This document shows positions 12,901-24,900 of a stretch of DNA of 64,000 bases, piece by piece. The stretch comes from Okamejei kenojei (lineage: Eukaryota): the NCBI GenBank assembly GCA_035221665.1, contig CM069160.1:4836001-4900000 (forward strand), in the 5' to 3' direction. The stretch's first letter is position 1. Every line of letters starts with the position of its first letter. The notes below the pieces were generated by a model. The model did no database searches, was not told where the DNA came from, and saw only the letters and a program-made list of their open reading frames with translations. A program made the translations under genes and the position numbers.

Positions 12901-15900
12901 ACATCAAAATATGCACTGGGCATAATTTCTATCAATTTTCCATACCTTGCAATATTTATTATTATTTTCAAATTACATGTGAATTAATGTGAATAAGACA
13001 TTTATTGGATTATCGTCAGATTCATTGAACCATGTTTATTGAATCATATTGCCTTCAAAAATAAGATGTTTTATTTGCATTAATCATGGTGCGCATATTA
13101 TCTGCAACATTGTTATGTTTATGAGATTTATGAGCAAATTGCTGGGCCTCAAGATTGTGAACAAGAGAGAGAGTTTGGGCAAGCTAGGGCTTTATTCCAT
13201 GGAGCACAGTAGGCTAAGGGGTGATCTTATAGGGGTGCTTAAAATCATGAGGGGAATTGATAGAGTGTATGCGCGGAGCCTTTTACCCAGAGAAGGGGAA
13301 TAAAATGCCAGAGGACATGGGTTTAGTGTGAGAGAGGAAAGATTTGATTGGAACTGGGGCGCAATCTTTGTGCTCAGAGAGTGTTAAGTATATGGAATGA
13401 GCTGCCAGAGAATGGAGCTGAGGCAGGTACAATAACAATATTTAAAAGACACTTGGACAGGGACATGCATGGGAAAGGTTTTGAGTGATACAGTATATAC
13501 CCATTGCAGGGTAAATGGGACTAGCTTAGATGGGGTATCTAGATTAGCATGAACATGTTGAGCCAAAGGGCTTGTTTCCATGCTGTGTGACTCTCTCTAT
13601 GACTGCTTTATAGCAAAGAGCCCTGCTGCCTCACAGCTCCAGTGATCCGGGTTCAATCATCTCCAGTGCAATCAGTGCGGAGTATAAAGGGCCTGTCCCA
13701 CTTACGTGTCCTTGGCATGCAGATTACGCGACCTCGTCGTCGCGTTGAGGCGCACGGGCATCCAGTGGCCGCGCGGGGCCGGTCCCACTGAGAGGCGCGG
13801 AGGGGTATGTCGTTGTGCGCGGTATCGTGCGGCGCTCCGAAAGTTTGTAGCGAACGAATTCTTCGCGCGCCACCGGCCTGTCGCGTAACTGACGGCCAAA
13901 GTGGGACAGGCCCAAGACCCTGGCGCGACGCAACGTCTCACCTCCAGCAGCAGCAGAAGGAGGCAAACGATCGCCGAGCTCGGCCTGGGGTTCACCGGCC
14001 GTTACGGTCCGGATCCGCTCCCACTTCTACTCCCAGAGCGGGGCCAAGAAAATTGAAGATAGACACAAAATGCTGGAGTACCTCGGCAGGACCGGCAGCA
14101 TCTCTGGATAGAAGGAATGGATGACGTTTCGGGTCAAGACCCTTCTTTCAGACTGAAGAAGGGTCTCGACCCGAAACATCACCCATTGCTTCTCCCCAGA
14201 GATGCTGCCGGTCCCGCTGAGTTACTCCAGCATTTTGTGTCCATCTTCAAATGACGTTACACGCTCCAGACGGCTGTGCAGGCGCATGAAGTCGCAGGCG
14301 ACCTTCGCGGGACCGTCGCGCCTCAACGTGACCAGGAGGTGGCGTAATTAGCGTGTCAAGGACAGGTAAGTGGGACAGGGGTTTAAGCATTCTCCCTGTG
14401 ACAATGTTTGTTCTCCAGTTTCCTCCCACATACCAAAAATGTGCTGATTTAGTAGATTAATCCACCGCTGCAAATTTCTCTTCGTAAAGGTGCATTTGTG
14501 GCATTGATAGAAATGAGGAAGATCCGTTTTGGGCAAAATTAGTGTTGTTCTCTGGGCTAAAGTGGGCTCAGGAGGCTGAAAGGCCTCTTTCTCATGACAC
14601 TTGGAATTATGGACAGTTATTTACCCTTGAATTGCCTTCTCATTTTAGTCACAAGTGTAAAATTGAACGAATTGTCTGGATTGAACTATTTAAAAAATGT
14701 AGATAAAAGGAAGTGCAGATGCTGGCTTATACAAAAAAACACAAAGTGCTGGAGGAAATCAGCAGGTGAAGCAGCATCTCTGGAGAACATGGATAGGTGA
14801 CATTTCGGGTGAGGATCCTACTTCAGACTGAAGTCGGGTCACGTTAGAACATGCTTTGTACTCACACTCCCATGTTGGTTTTCAAGGATGTTTGTTATTC
14901 ACAGCTTGTAGATGTTACATATTCAGCAGAGAGAAGACGAGACAAACTAAAGCACCTGTAAAACACAACTAAAAGACTTCAGAAAGAAGCTTGAAAAGAA
15001 GGCTCATATCTAAACAACGTACTTTCAAGAGGGAGTTAGATTTAGCTCTTAAGGCTAAAGAAATCAAGGGATATGGGGAAAAAGCAGGAACGGGGTCCTG
15101 ATTTTAGATGATCAGCCATGATCATATTGAATGGTGCTGCTGGCGTGAAGGGCCGAATGGCCTACTCCTGCACATATTTTTCAAAGTTTCAATAATTAGT
15201 ATAGAGTCAGCTATTCATGGTATTTCTTGAAAACACGAAAACGAGAGAAACTAAAAGACCTGCAGAACAACTAAAAGAATGCAGAAAGCAGCTTGAAAAG
15301 AAGGCTCTTGATCTATACAACATCATTACTTTTTATTTGGCTGTCAATGTTTATGGTGTTTCTTATTGGAATGAAACCATCGTCCAAGTGTTGTCCCTTC
15401 CTTATTGCTCCTGGGGGCTGGTTGGCATTAGCTCATTACCTTCGTCCTAATAAAGGGTTGTTGTTCACAGTTGTGCCAAGGCTTTTATCAGTTATAACCT
15501 TGAGTTCACAAGCTGTTCTTTATCTCTGGGCTAAAGTTCCCAGACTCTTAATTTCAAGGAGTGAGCAGTTTTTAAGCAAACTCACCAGCAAATCCTTACA
15601 AATTTCTACACCCCCTCCTCCCCCCCTCCTTTGATTCACCTATCAATGCCAGAGGGAATGATTCACCTAAAGCCCCTGCCCCACTTGGGCGACCTCCACC
15701 GCGACCTCTGGCAAGTTTGCCCGCGACCCATAGTCCGGCAAGGTCGCCACGAGGTCGTAGGAGGTCTTTGTCACTCTCCTTCATGGTCGAGAGTGGTCTC
15801 CGCGTAGTCGAGGGTTCAGCTAGGTCGTGGCGTATTTTTCAAAATGTTAAAAGTTGACCGCGACTAAAAATAGGTCGCCGTGGGAAAAATCTATATTTTT

Positions 15901-18900
15901 TTAGTCGTAGGTCTAGTCGAAGCCGGTTGTAGTCGGTCGTGATGCTAGTCGTAGGTAGTCGAAGTAATATAAACAAAGAAACATAGAAAATAGGTGCAGG
16001 AGGTGGCCATTCGGCCCTTCGAGCCAGCACCGCCATTCATTGTGATCATGGCTGATCAATAACCCGTGCCTGCCTTCTCCCCATATCCCTTGACTCCACT
16101 TGCCCCTAGAGCTCTATCTAACTCTCTCTTAAATCCATCTAGTGAATTGGCCTCCACTGCCCTCTGTGGCAGGGAATTCCATAAATTCACAACACTAGAT
16201 GAAAAAGTTTTTTTCTCACCTCGGTCTTAAATGACCTCCCCTGCATTCTAAGAGTGTGGCCCCTGGTTCTGGACTCGCCCAACATTGGGAACATTTTTCC
16301 TGCATCTAGCATGTCCAGTCCTTTTAGAATTTTGTATTAAGATAAGATAAGATGCATTTATTTGTCACGTGTGCCAATTGGCACAGCGTAATTAAATCAC
16401 CATACAGCCATACATTAAAATAAAGAACACAACATGGAGTAGATAGGAATCAACATAAAACATCCCCCCACAGCAGGATCAAAATTTCCCACTGTGAGGG
16501 AAGGCACCAAAGTCAGTCTCTTCCCCTGATGTTCCCAATGTTCCCCCGTGGTCGGGGCCTCCCCGAGCCCCGAACCCCCTGCAGTCGCCACTACGGGGTG
16601 CTCCGGGGTGAAAGAAAGGTCAGTGGAAAAAAAGGTAATTTAAACAGCAGAATGTCACCTCTTTCACACCAAGGCATGTTCATTCATAGCTGGAGAGCTT
16701 TTTGCAGAGGGGACGTGTTTTAGAGATGACACCAAAAAGGCAGCAGCGCAGGGGGAGGGCACAACCCTCAAAAAAGCCTGCTATACAGGTGTTGCCCACC
16801 CAGGCGGAGTCCATCACATCACTGTTGTGATGAACATTGTCCCACATCTCCGCTCCATCCGACCCACAGCACGCGGAGGGTGGGGGCTGAACCGAGGGAT
16901 GTGCACCTTCGGCCGCTTTCAACTTGGTGCTTGGGTTCGGATTACCCAGTCACCTATGGCTTGTGTGGGGAAAATGAACCCCATACTCCCATCTCCCCCT
17001 TCTCTCTCCCCTCTTCTCTCTCTCCCCCTTCTCTCTCCCACCTCTCTCTCCCCCCTCCCTCTCACCTGGTCTTGGATCAAAGACTTGCACTGAAGTCCCC
17101 ACACTCTGTCCACACCTTATTAACCTGTTGACTGCCACGTTTTTATTTCACAATTGGCCATGACCTGAGTATACCCGGGGGTGACACTGAACAGGTTAAT
17201 AAGGAACAGTTTCCTAGGAAACGGCAAGCAGATGGACCTAAAGATCGTAGCCTGTGCACTATCCAGAGATGCTGCCCTGACCGGCTGAGTTACCCCAACA
17301 TTTTGTGTCTTTCTTAATTTTAGGAAGGAACTGCGGATGCTGATTGAAACCGAAGATTAACACAAAAAGCTGGAGTCAATCAGTGGGTGAGGCAGCAAGT
17401 CTGGAGAAAGGGAATAGGTGATGTTTCTGGTTGCGACCTCTATCACACCTGCCACCAAAATGTCACATTCCTTTTCACCTGAGATGCTGATGTCACAGCT
17501 TCTGGTGTCTTTCTTTTGTCTTTCTTAAATTGTGTTGACTTCATGCATGTGGCAATCAGGTGGTTTATATTATTGGCAGAAAATCCCATTGAAAGTAGGA
17601 AGTATTCTGCATTATAAGCACAGGGGGAATGGACATGCATATGTTACAATGCCCTGTTACAATGTCCTGTTACCGTGACTCCCATGACTTATGTATGAGT
17701 TATTTAATCACCAGTTCCAGTGTGAGGAAGGATGACAATGGCAAAGGAATGGAAGCTTGCATAACCAAAAAGGTTTTAAATTTAATTAGAAAGAAAAAAA
17801 AAGAAAGTGCATGTAAGGTTCAGGAGGATGGAATCAGGCAGGAGCTTTGAGGAATGTAAAGAAAGGAGGGAATAACTCAGGTGTGTGATTAGAGGGTGGC
17901 ACAGTGGCACAGCTAGAGAGTTGCTGCCTTGCAGCACCTGCAGCGTTGGAGACCCGCCGTCGATCCTGACTACGGATGCTGTCTGTAAGGAGTTTGTACG
18001 TTCTCCCCGTGACTACGTGGGTTTTCTCCGAGATCTTCGGTTTCCTCCCACACTCCAAAGACACTCTAAAGTATGTAGGTAAATCGGCTTAGAATAAATG
18101 TAAATTGTCCTTAGTGTGGGCTGAAGGGCCTGTTTCTGCGCTGTATCTCTAAAGCTTAAAACTAAAGGGGCCAATAGAGGCCACAAATTGGCTTTGGCGA
18201 GTCAGAATACAGAAAATCCCTCATCTTTTTCAATGTCTCAAGGTCAGCTTATTGTCACATGTACAAATTAAGGTGCAATTAAATTCAGATTACAATACAG
18301 TCACACTAAAAAAATGCAAAGGCCGCCAACACCTCGATGTTAGGCTTCAGTGTGGACGGAGATAAGATACGGAAAAAAAAAAATGTCATCTACATCGAGG
18401 TAAGAGATTAGAAAAAGTTTCCTCCATCCCCCATACTTTGCATTTGGTTTCACCAAGAAAGACATGGAGAAAAGCAAGGACTTTTAATAGTAAGTACAGC
18501 ATATAATCCTCCAACATTTTCGCCACCTGCAACAGGATCCGACATCTTCCCATCTCCACCACTTTCTGCTTTCCGCAGAGATCGTTCCCTCCGAACCTCC
18601 CTGGTCAACTCGTCCCTTCGCACCCAAACCACCCCCTCCCCAGACACTTTCTCCTACATCCGCAGGAGATGCAACAACCGTTCCTTTAGGTCCGCCCTCG
18701 ACTACATCCAAGGACCCAAAGCCTTTCCAGGTGAGGCAGATGTTCACTTGCTCCTCCCCCAACCTCATCTACTGTATCCGCTGTTTCCGTTGTCATCTTC
18801 TGTACATCGACGAGACCAAGCGCAGGCTCGGCGATCATTTTGTTGAACACCTCCGCTCAGTCCATCTTATCCTCCCTGATCTCCCAGTGGCTCAGCACTT

Positions 18901-21900
18901 CAACTCCCCCTCCCATTTCCAATCTGATGTTTCTGTCCTGGGCCTCCTCCATTGTCAGAGTGAGGCCCAGCACAAATTGGAGGAACAGCACCTCATATTT
19001 CGCTTGGGCAGTCTACACTCCAGCGGTATGAACATTGACTTCTATAACTTTCGATAGCCCTTGATTTCTCTCTCCGTCCCCTCCCCCTTCCCAATTCTCC
19101 CACCAGTCTTACTGTCTCCGCCTACACTCTTATCTTTGTCCCTCCCCTGAACATCAGTCTGAAGAAGGGTCTCGACCCAAAACGACGCCCATTCCTTCTA
19201 TCGAGAGAAGCTGCCTGATCCGCTGAGTTACTCCAGCATTTAGTGTCTACCTTTGATTTTAACATCTGCAGTTCTTTCTTACACCTGGAGAATCAATGTG
19301 GAGAATGCTAACATGCAGGGGCACTTTGAAGTTAAGCAAGAAGGAGATGTTGGGTCACTTGAAGAGAAATGTGGATAAATCCCCAGGACAGAGGGGTGTA
19401 GTGGATGATGATAATAATAATAATCGTTGAAAACATTAGTGCCATGCTGGTTTTTGACTGGCACGATGACGGAGCAACACACATCTCTGTCTTCCATGCA
19501 GCTGGCAAGCTCCTCTTTTATCTCTACAGGTGGGTCTTCCATAAACATCTTCAGCATCATCTTGATTGGCCGACCCAGGTCTCGTCTTCCATGGGTGGGT
19601 TCCCACAGCACAACCTTGTTTGCTGACATTTCTTGGTGGCGGAGCCAGTGACCTGCGAGCCTCATCCTTCTCAACGTGATCTTCTCGGTCAGAGGTGGAG
19701 TCTCCCCATAGAGCTGGGTGTTGGTGATGTGGTCCCTCCAACTGACATTTTGAACTATTCTGAGCATTCGGATGTAGGTACCATCGAGAGACTTGGACAG
19801 TGCTGGAGTGAGAGTCCATGCCTCACACCCGTACAATAATATGGTCTCTACAGTTGCATGGAAGGCCGAATATTCAGACTGTAGTTCAGTGACAAGTAGA
19901 GTTCTGCAGGGGTCTGTCCTGTGACCCTTGCTACTTGCGACATATATAAATGACTAGGACCCTGGTGTTCAGAAATGACCCCAGTCATAACAATTAATCA
20001 AATAATGATTTTGTTTTTTCTTTCAGATTATCATTATGTTCAAGGACAGTTTGGTTGTGAGGTGAGCGATCACAGTCCCAATGTAGGGATATTGAAGTTG
20101 GCTTTTGATGGAAGAGATGCATTTAGTTTTGATAAGGACAAACTAAAGTGGACGGTGCATGACCCAATAGCTGAGACCTTCAAAGAGAAATGGGACAAGA
20201 ATGAAAAAATGAACCGTTATTTCAAGAGCTTGTTAGAAAATGACTGTGTGGATCTATGGCATACATACTACGCAATTGGAAAGACATACCTGACCAGAGA
20301 AGGTGAGTTCAGAACAAAGGATGTTGTTTTGTGATGGTAGGCAATTAGTAATATTTCACTGTTTTTGAGGCAATGAGTAATATTATCTCTGACCCAATCA
20401 TGACAGAGGGAAAGGTAATTCGGCCCATTGAGTCTATGCTAGTTTTCAATGCAATGTCGACGAACTGTTCCACAACTCTCTCTCACAACTTGCACTCAGC
20501 TCCCTCGGATTCTCCGTTCACTCAGTTCCACTACGGATAATTTGCAATGTCCGACTAGCTCACTGGCACGTTTTTGGTATATGGAACAAAACTGGATCAC
20601 ATGGAGGAAACCAACTGAGTCATAAGGTCATAAGTGATGGGTGCAGCATTAGAACATTCGGCCCATCAAGTCTACTCCGCCATTCAATCATGGCTGATCT
20701 ATCTCTCCCTCCTAATTCCATTCTCCTGCCTTCTCCCCATAACCCCTGACTTGCATACTAATCAAGAATCCATCTATGCCTTAAAAATATCCATTGACGG
20801 ATTCCAAAGCCTTCTGTGGCAAATAATTCCACAGAATCACCACCCTCTGACAAAATATATTCCTCCTCATCTCTTTCCCAAAAGAATGTCCTTTAATATT
20901 GAGACAATTACCTCCAGTCGTAGACTCTCCCACCAGTGGAGACATCCACTCTATCCAAGCCGTTCACTATTTGGTATGGTTCAATGAGGTCCCTCCTTAT
21001 TCTTCTAAAATCCAGCGAGTACAGGTCCACTGCCATCAAATGCTCATCATATGTTAACCCATTCATTCCTGGGATCATTCTTGTACACCTCCTCTGGACC
21101 CTCTCCAGAGCCAGCACATCCTTCCTCAGATATGGTGCCCACAATTGCTCACAATGCTCCAAATGTGGCTTGACCGATGCCTTATAGAACCTCAGCATTA
21201 CATCCCTGTTTGACAGGGAGAAAGTGTAATTGATGTCTTTCATATTAGTTAACCATGGATATACTTGACCACGTTTGACAGCCCCTAATACGATTGCATC
21301 TCTATCACACATCTCTATAGAGCATAGCGTTAAGCTTCGAAGGGCAACATTTACACGAGATGTGCAGGTCAAGTGTTTTTTGTACAGAGAGAGCTTGATA
21401 CCTAGAATGCGCTACCAGGAGTGGTGGTAGAGGAGGACATGATAATGGTGCTTAAGAAGGTTTTAGACAGGCTCGTGGATATGCAGCGAATACAAGGATA
21501 CGGATCACATGCGGGTAGTGGAGATTAGTTTTGATTTAGTTTAAAGATAGAGTATGGAAACAGGACCTATGGGCCACTGAGTCTGCACTGACCAGCAATT
21601 GCCCATTCACTATTTCTGTCCTACAAGCTGGGGACAATTTACAAAAGCCAATTAACCTGCATGTCTTTTGTATTTGGGAAGCAACCGGCGCCCCCAGAGA
21701 AAACCCACAGGTTGACATGTGGAACTGAGTTTGATAGGCTGCAACATGTCCAGACACAACATGTCCAAGGGAACGTACAAACACTGTCCAGACAGCACTC
21801 TAGTCAGGACCGAACCCGGGTCTCTGATGTAAGACAGCCACTCTATCACTGTGCCATTGTGTTGCGTTAGTTTAACTTGGTATCCTGTTCGACATGGACA

Positions 21901-24900
21901 TTACAGGCTGAAAGTCCTGTTCCGGTGCAGTACTGGTCTGTGTTCTATATATTCTCATTGGGCTGGGCAGGGCAGGGATATGTTTTCCACTCATCCAGCC
22001 TCCATGGTGAATACATCCTCCCAGTTTAAATCTGATTCAATTAGTCAATCCATTTCTTCCTTCCCTCCCCCTGCTCTGCTCCCCATTCTATATTTCGAAA
22101 TAGTCATTCCCTGTTTCGCTCCTTGGTCTGCTCTACTATCCCCACAACTTTCCTCTACTTTCCTGTCTTGGCGCATGCAACATCTATCCATTTACTTCTT
22201 CCCTTCCCACTGTCCATAGACCCAGGCAGTTCTTCAACGTGAAACAGCGTGAAACACTTGCACTTCCAGTCAAATCTACTGCATTTGGTTTTTATGACGT
22301 AATCTTCCACATTGCATCAATGAAACAAATTAAGTGGCTGCTTTCTGGAGAACCCACATTCAATCCATGGGACTTTCTAAGATTCACAATTCCTGCCACT
22401 TTAATTCTCCATTCAACACCCACCATGATCCATCCATCTGTACCTCTTACACTAGGATAACAAGGCTGAAAGTAACCTTGAGGACCAACAACTCAGCTTC
22501 TGCCTGGACATGTTGCAACTTTCAAACTCAATTCCACATTCAACGAGTTGCATTCCCTGTTGATAAAAGAACTGGTCATTTCAACTGTTAAGTTAAAGTC
22601 AGAAAGAACAGATGCAAGAAGTATGAAGAAGGATCCCAAGCTGAAACATTACGTAACATGTCTTCCAGTGGCTGCCTGAGCCACTGAGTTACACCCGCAC
22701 GTTTTTGTGTTTTTTTTAAATTACAGTTACGTTATCCACCTGCAAAATCACGACAGCCTGACATACATGAATACTGCAGTATGTGCTGCATTTTATGTAA
22801 CTATGTTTAGTTTCATGCATGCAGAGATGCAGTGAAATGGTTTAGATGGAACGGCAGATGCTGGACACCCCATCCCTTCTCTCCAGAGCTGCTGCCTGTC
22901 CCGCTGAGTTACTCCAGCCTTTTGTGTCTATCTGCAGTGAAATGGTTTTTCGGCATTCTCTCCAGTCAAGTCATACTGTACATAAGTACAATACGTCCTC
23001 TTCTGGGACAGCTCGCAGAGATCCACCACATTCCAGGACTATCTTGCAGCTTCCAAGTCTCTGAAAAGTCTGTTTTTACCCCAAGGAAATACCCAATTTC
23101 TCATTTTCTCATGATAAGGCCCAGTGTCATAACAGCACTGGATTGGTGAAGTAGAGGCGCCTGCCTCAGTTTAAGTTTTTCTGTTTCAAGATTGTAATCG
23201 AACCCTCGTCACTGGAACTGTGCCGCAGTGCCACCCCATTGTGTATCAGTCTCAATTGTCTTTCAACATGCTGGAATCATTTGTTTTTTTAACCTTTTTA
23301 GACTTTTTTCATGAATTGTTCAGCATAAACAGTTATGCTACAACACTTAAGAGCAGCTGCCACTTAGTTCCAGAGACGTAACAACACAAGAGATGGTGTT
23401 GGAAGAATGATCAAACTCACACATAGTGGTTAGAATCCATAGACTATTATTAGTAACTCTGCAGAGGAAACACAAGGTGCTTTATTCTCAGCATGCTTAC
23501 TGCGAGTCTACCAGAGAGAGCGAGAGAGAGAGAGAGAGCTCCCTGATAAGCCTGTGGGCGGAGCCACAGTATGAGTGACACTAATCTACAGATAGGCACA
23601 GGGGTACGTTTAGATTTATTATTGTCACGTTTAGTTTGGAGGTACAGCATGGAAATAGGCCTTTTGGCCCACTGAACCTGTGCTGACTACCCAAACATTA
23701 GTTCAATCCTACACACTAGGGACAATATACAGAAGCCAAAAATCTTACAAACCTGCACGTCTTTGAATGTGACCGAACTGGAGCACCCGGAGATTACTCA
23801 CATGGTCATGGGGAGCATATATGAACTCCATATAGACAGTACCCATTGTCAGGATTGAACTTGGGTCTGTGGTACTGTAAGCAGCAACTTTCCCGCTGCG
23901 TCACTGTGCTGCCCATGTACTGAGGTACAGTGTAAAGCTTTGTTTTGCATGCTATCCAATTGGATGAGACAACAACATACATATATATGATCAAGTCAAA
24001 CTCAGGTACTGTAGGTAGAGTAAAGGGGAAGGTACAGAGTGCAGCATATAGTTCTCAGCAATGTAGCACACCAATTCCATTAGAGAAGGGTTTCAACACG
24101 AAACGTGACACATTCCTTCTCTCCAGAGATGCTGCCTGACCCATTGAGTTACTCTAGCATTTTGTGTATATCTGCGGTTTAAACCAGCATCTACAGTTCC
24201 TTGCTACATAGTTCCATAAACAAAGTCCACTGTCTATAATGGAGTAGTGGTCAATTGGACAGTACCCTAGCTGACGGAACGATCATTCAGAAGCCTGATT
24301 TTCTCCTCGGTTATCAAGTTTCCGAGTAAGCCATTTGATCCTGAAACCTGCCCACCATTCAATATGTCCATGGCTGACGTTCCTCGGGCCTCAACTCCTG
24401 TTCGGTGCCAGTTCCTCATTGCACTGAATTCTGCAATCTTTCAAAAGTTTAACGACCGCCACATTAAATACTTCCAATGATTATGTCTTCACAAATCTCT
24501 GGGGTTGAGAGTGCCAGAGAATGACCACACTCCGCAAAAAGAGATTTTATAAACAATGACTGGTCCTTTTCATCTCTTATTGAAGAAGAGTGAAAATACT
24601 GCCAATTTTAAGCTTGTCCCCTCCCCAATTGGCCCTCATTTTGTAACATTATTTATTATTATCAATAATGTGCCGTAGTGAAAAGATTTGCCGTTGGTAT
24701 TAGTTTATTATTGTCACATGAACTGAGATATAGTCTAAAGTTTGTCTGTGTGTTATCCAATCATATCATACTACACATGTGCAATCAAGCCATCCACAGG
24801 TAGAACAGTGCAAAGAGAACAATATTCAGTGTGCAGAATTACAATATCATAGCATTACAGTTACAGAGAAAGTGCAGATCAAAAAGAGTTGCAAGGATCA

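Noticed and set aside
13702-14124. GC-rich overlapping ORFs suggesting a bacterial or viral insert
   Set aside because: They lie inside a TIR- and TSD-bounded MITE and show no protein motifs.
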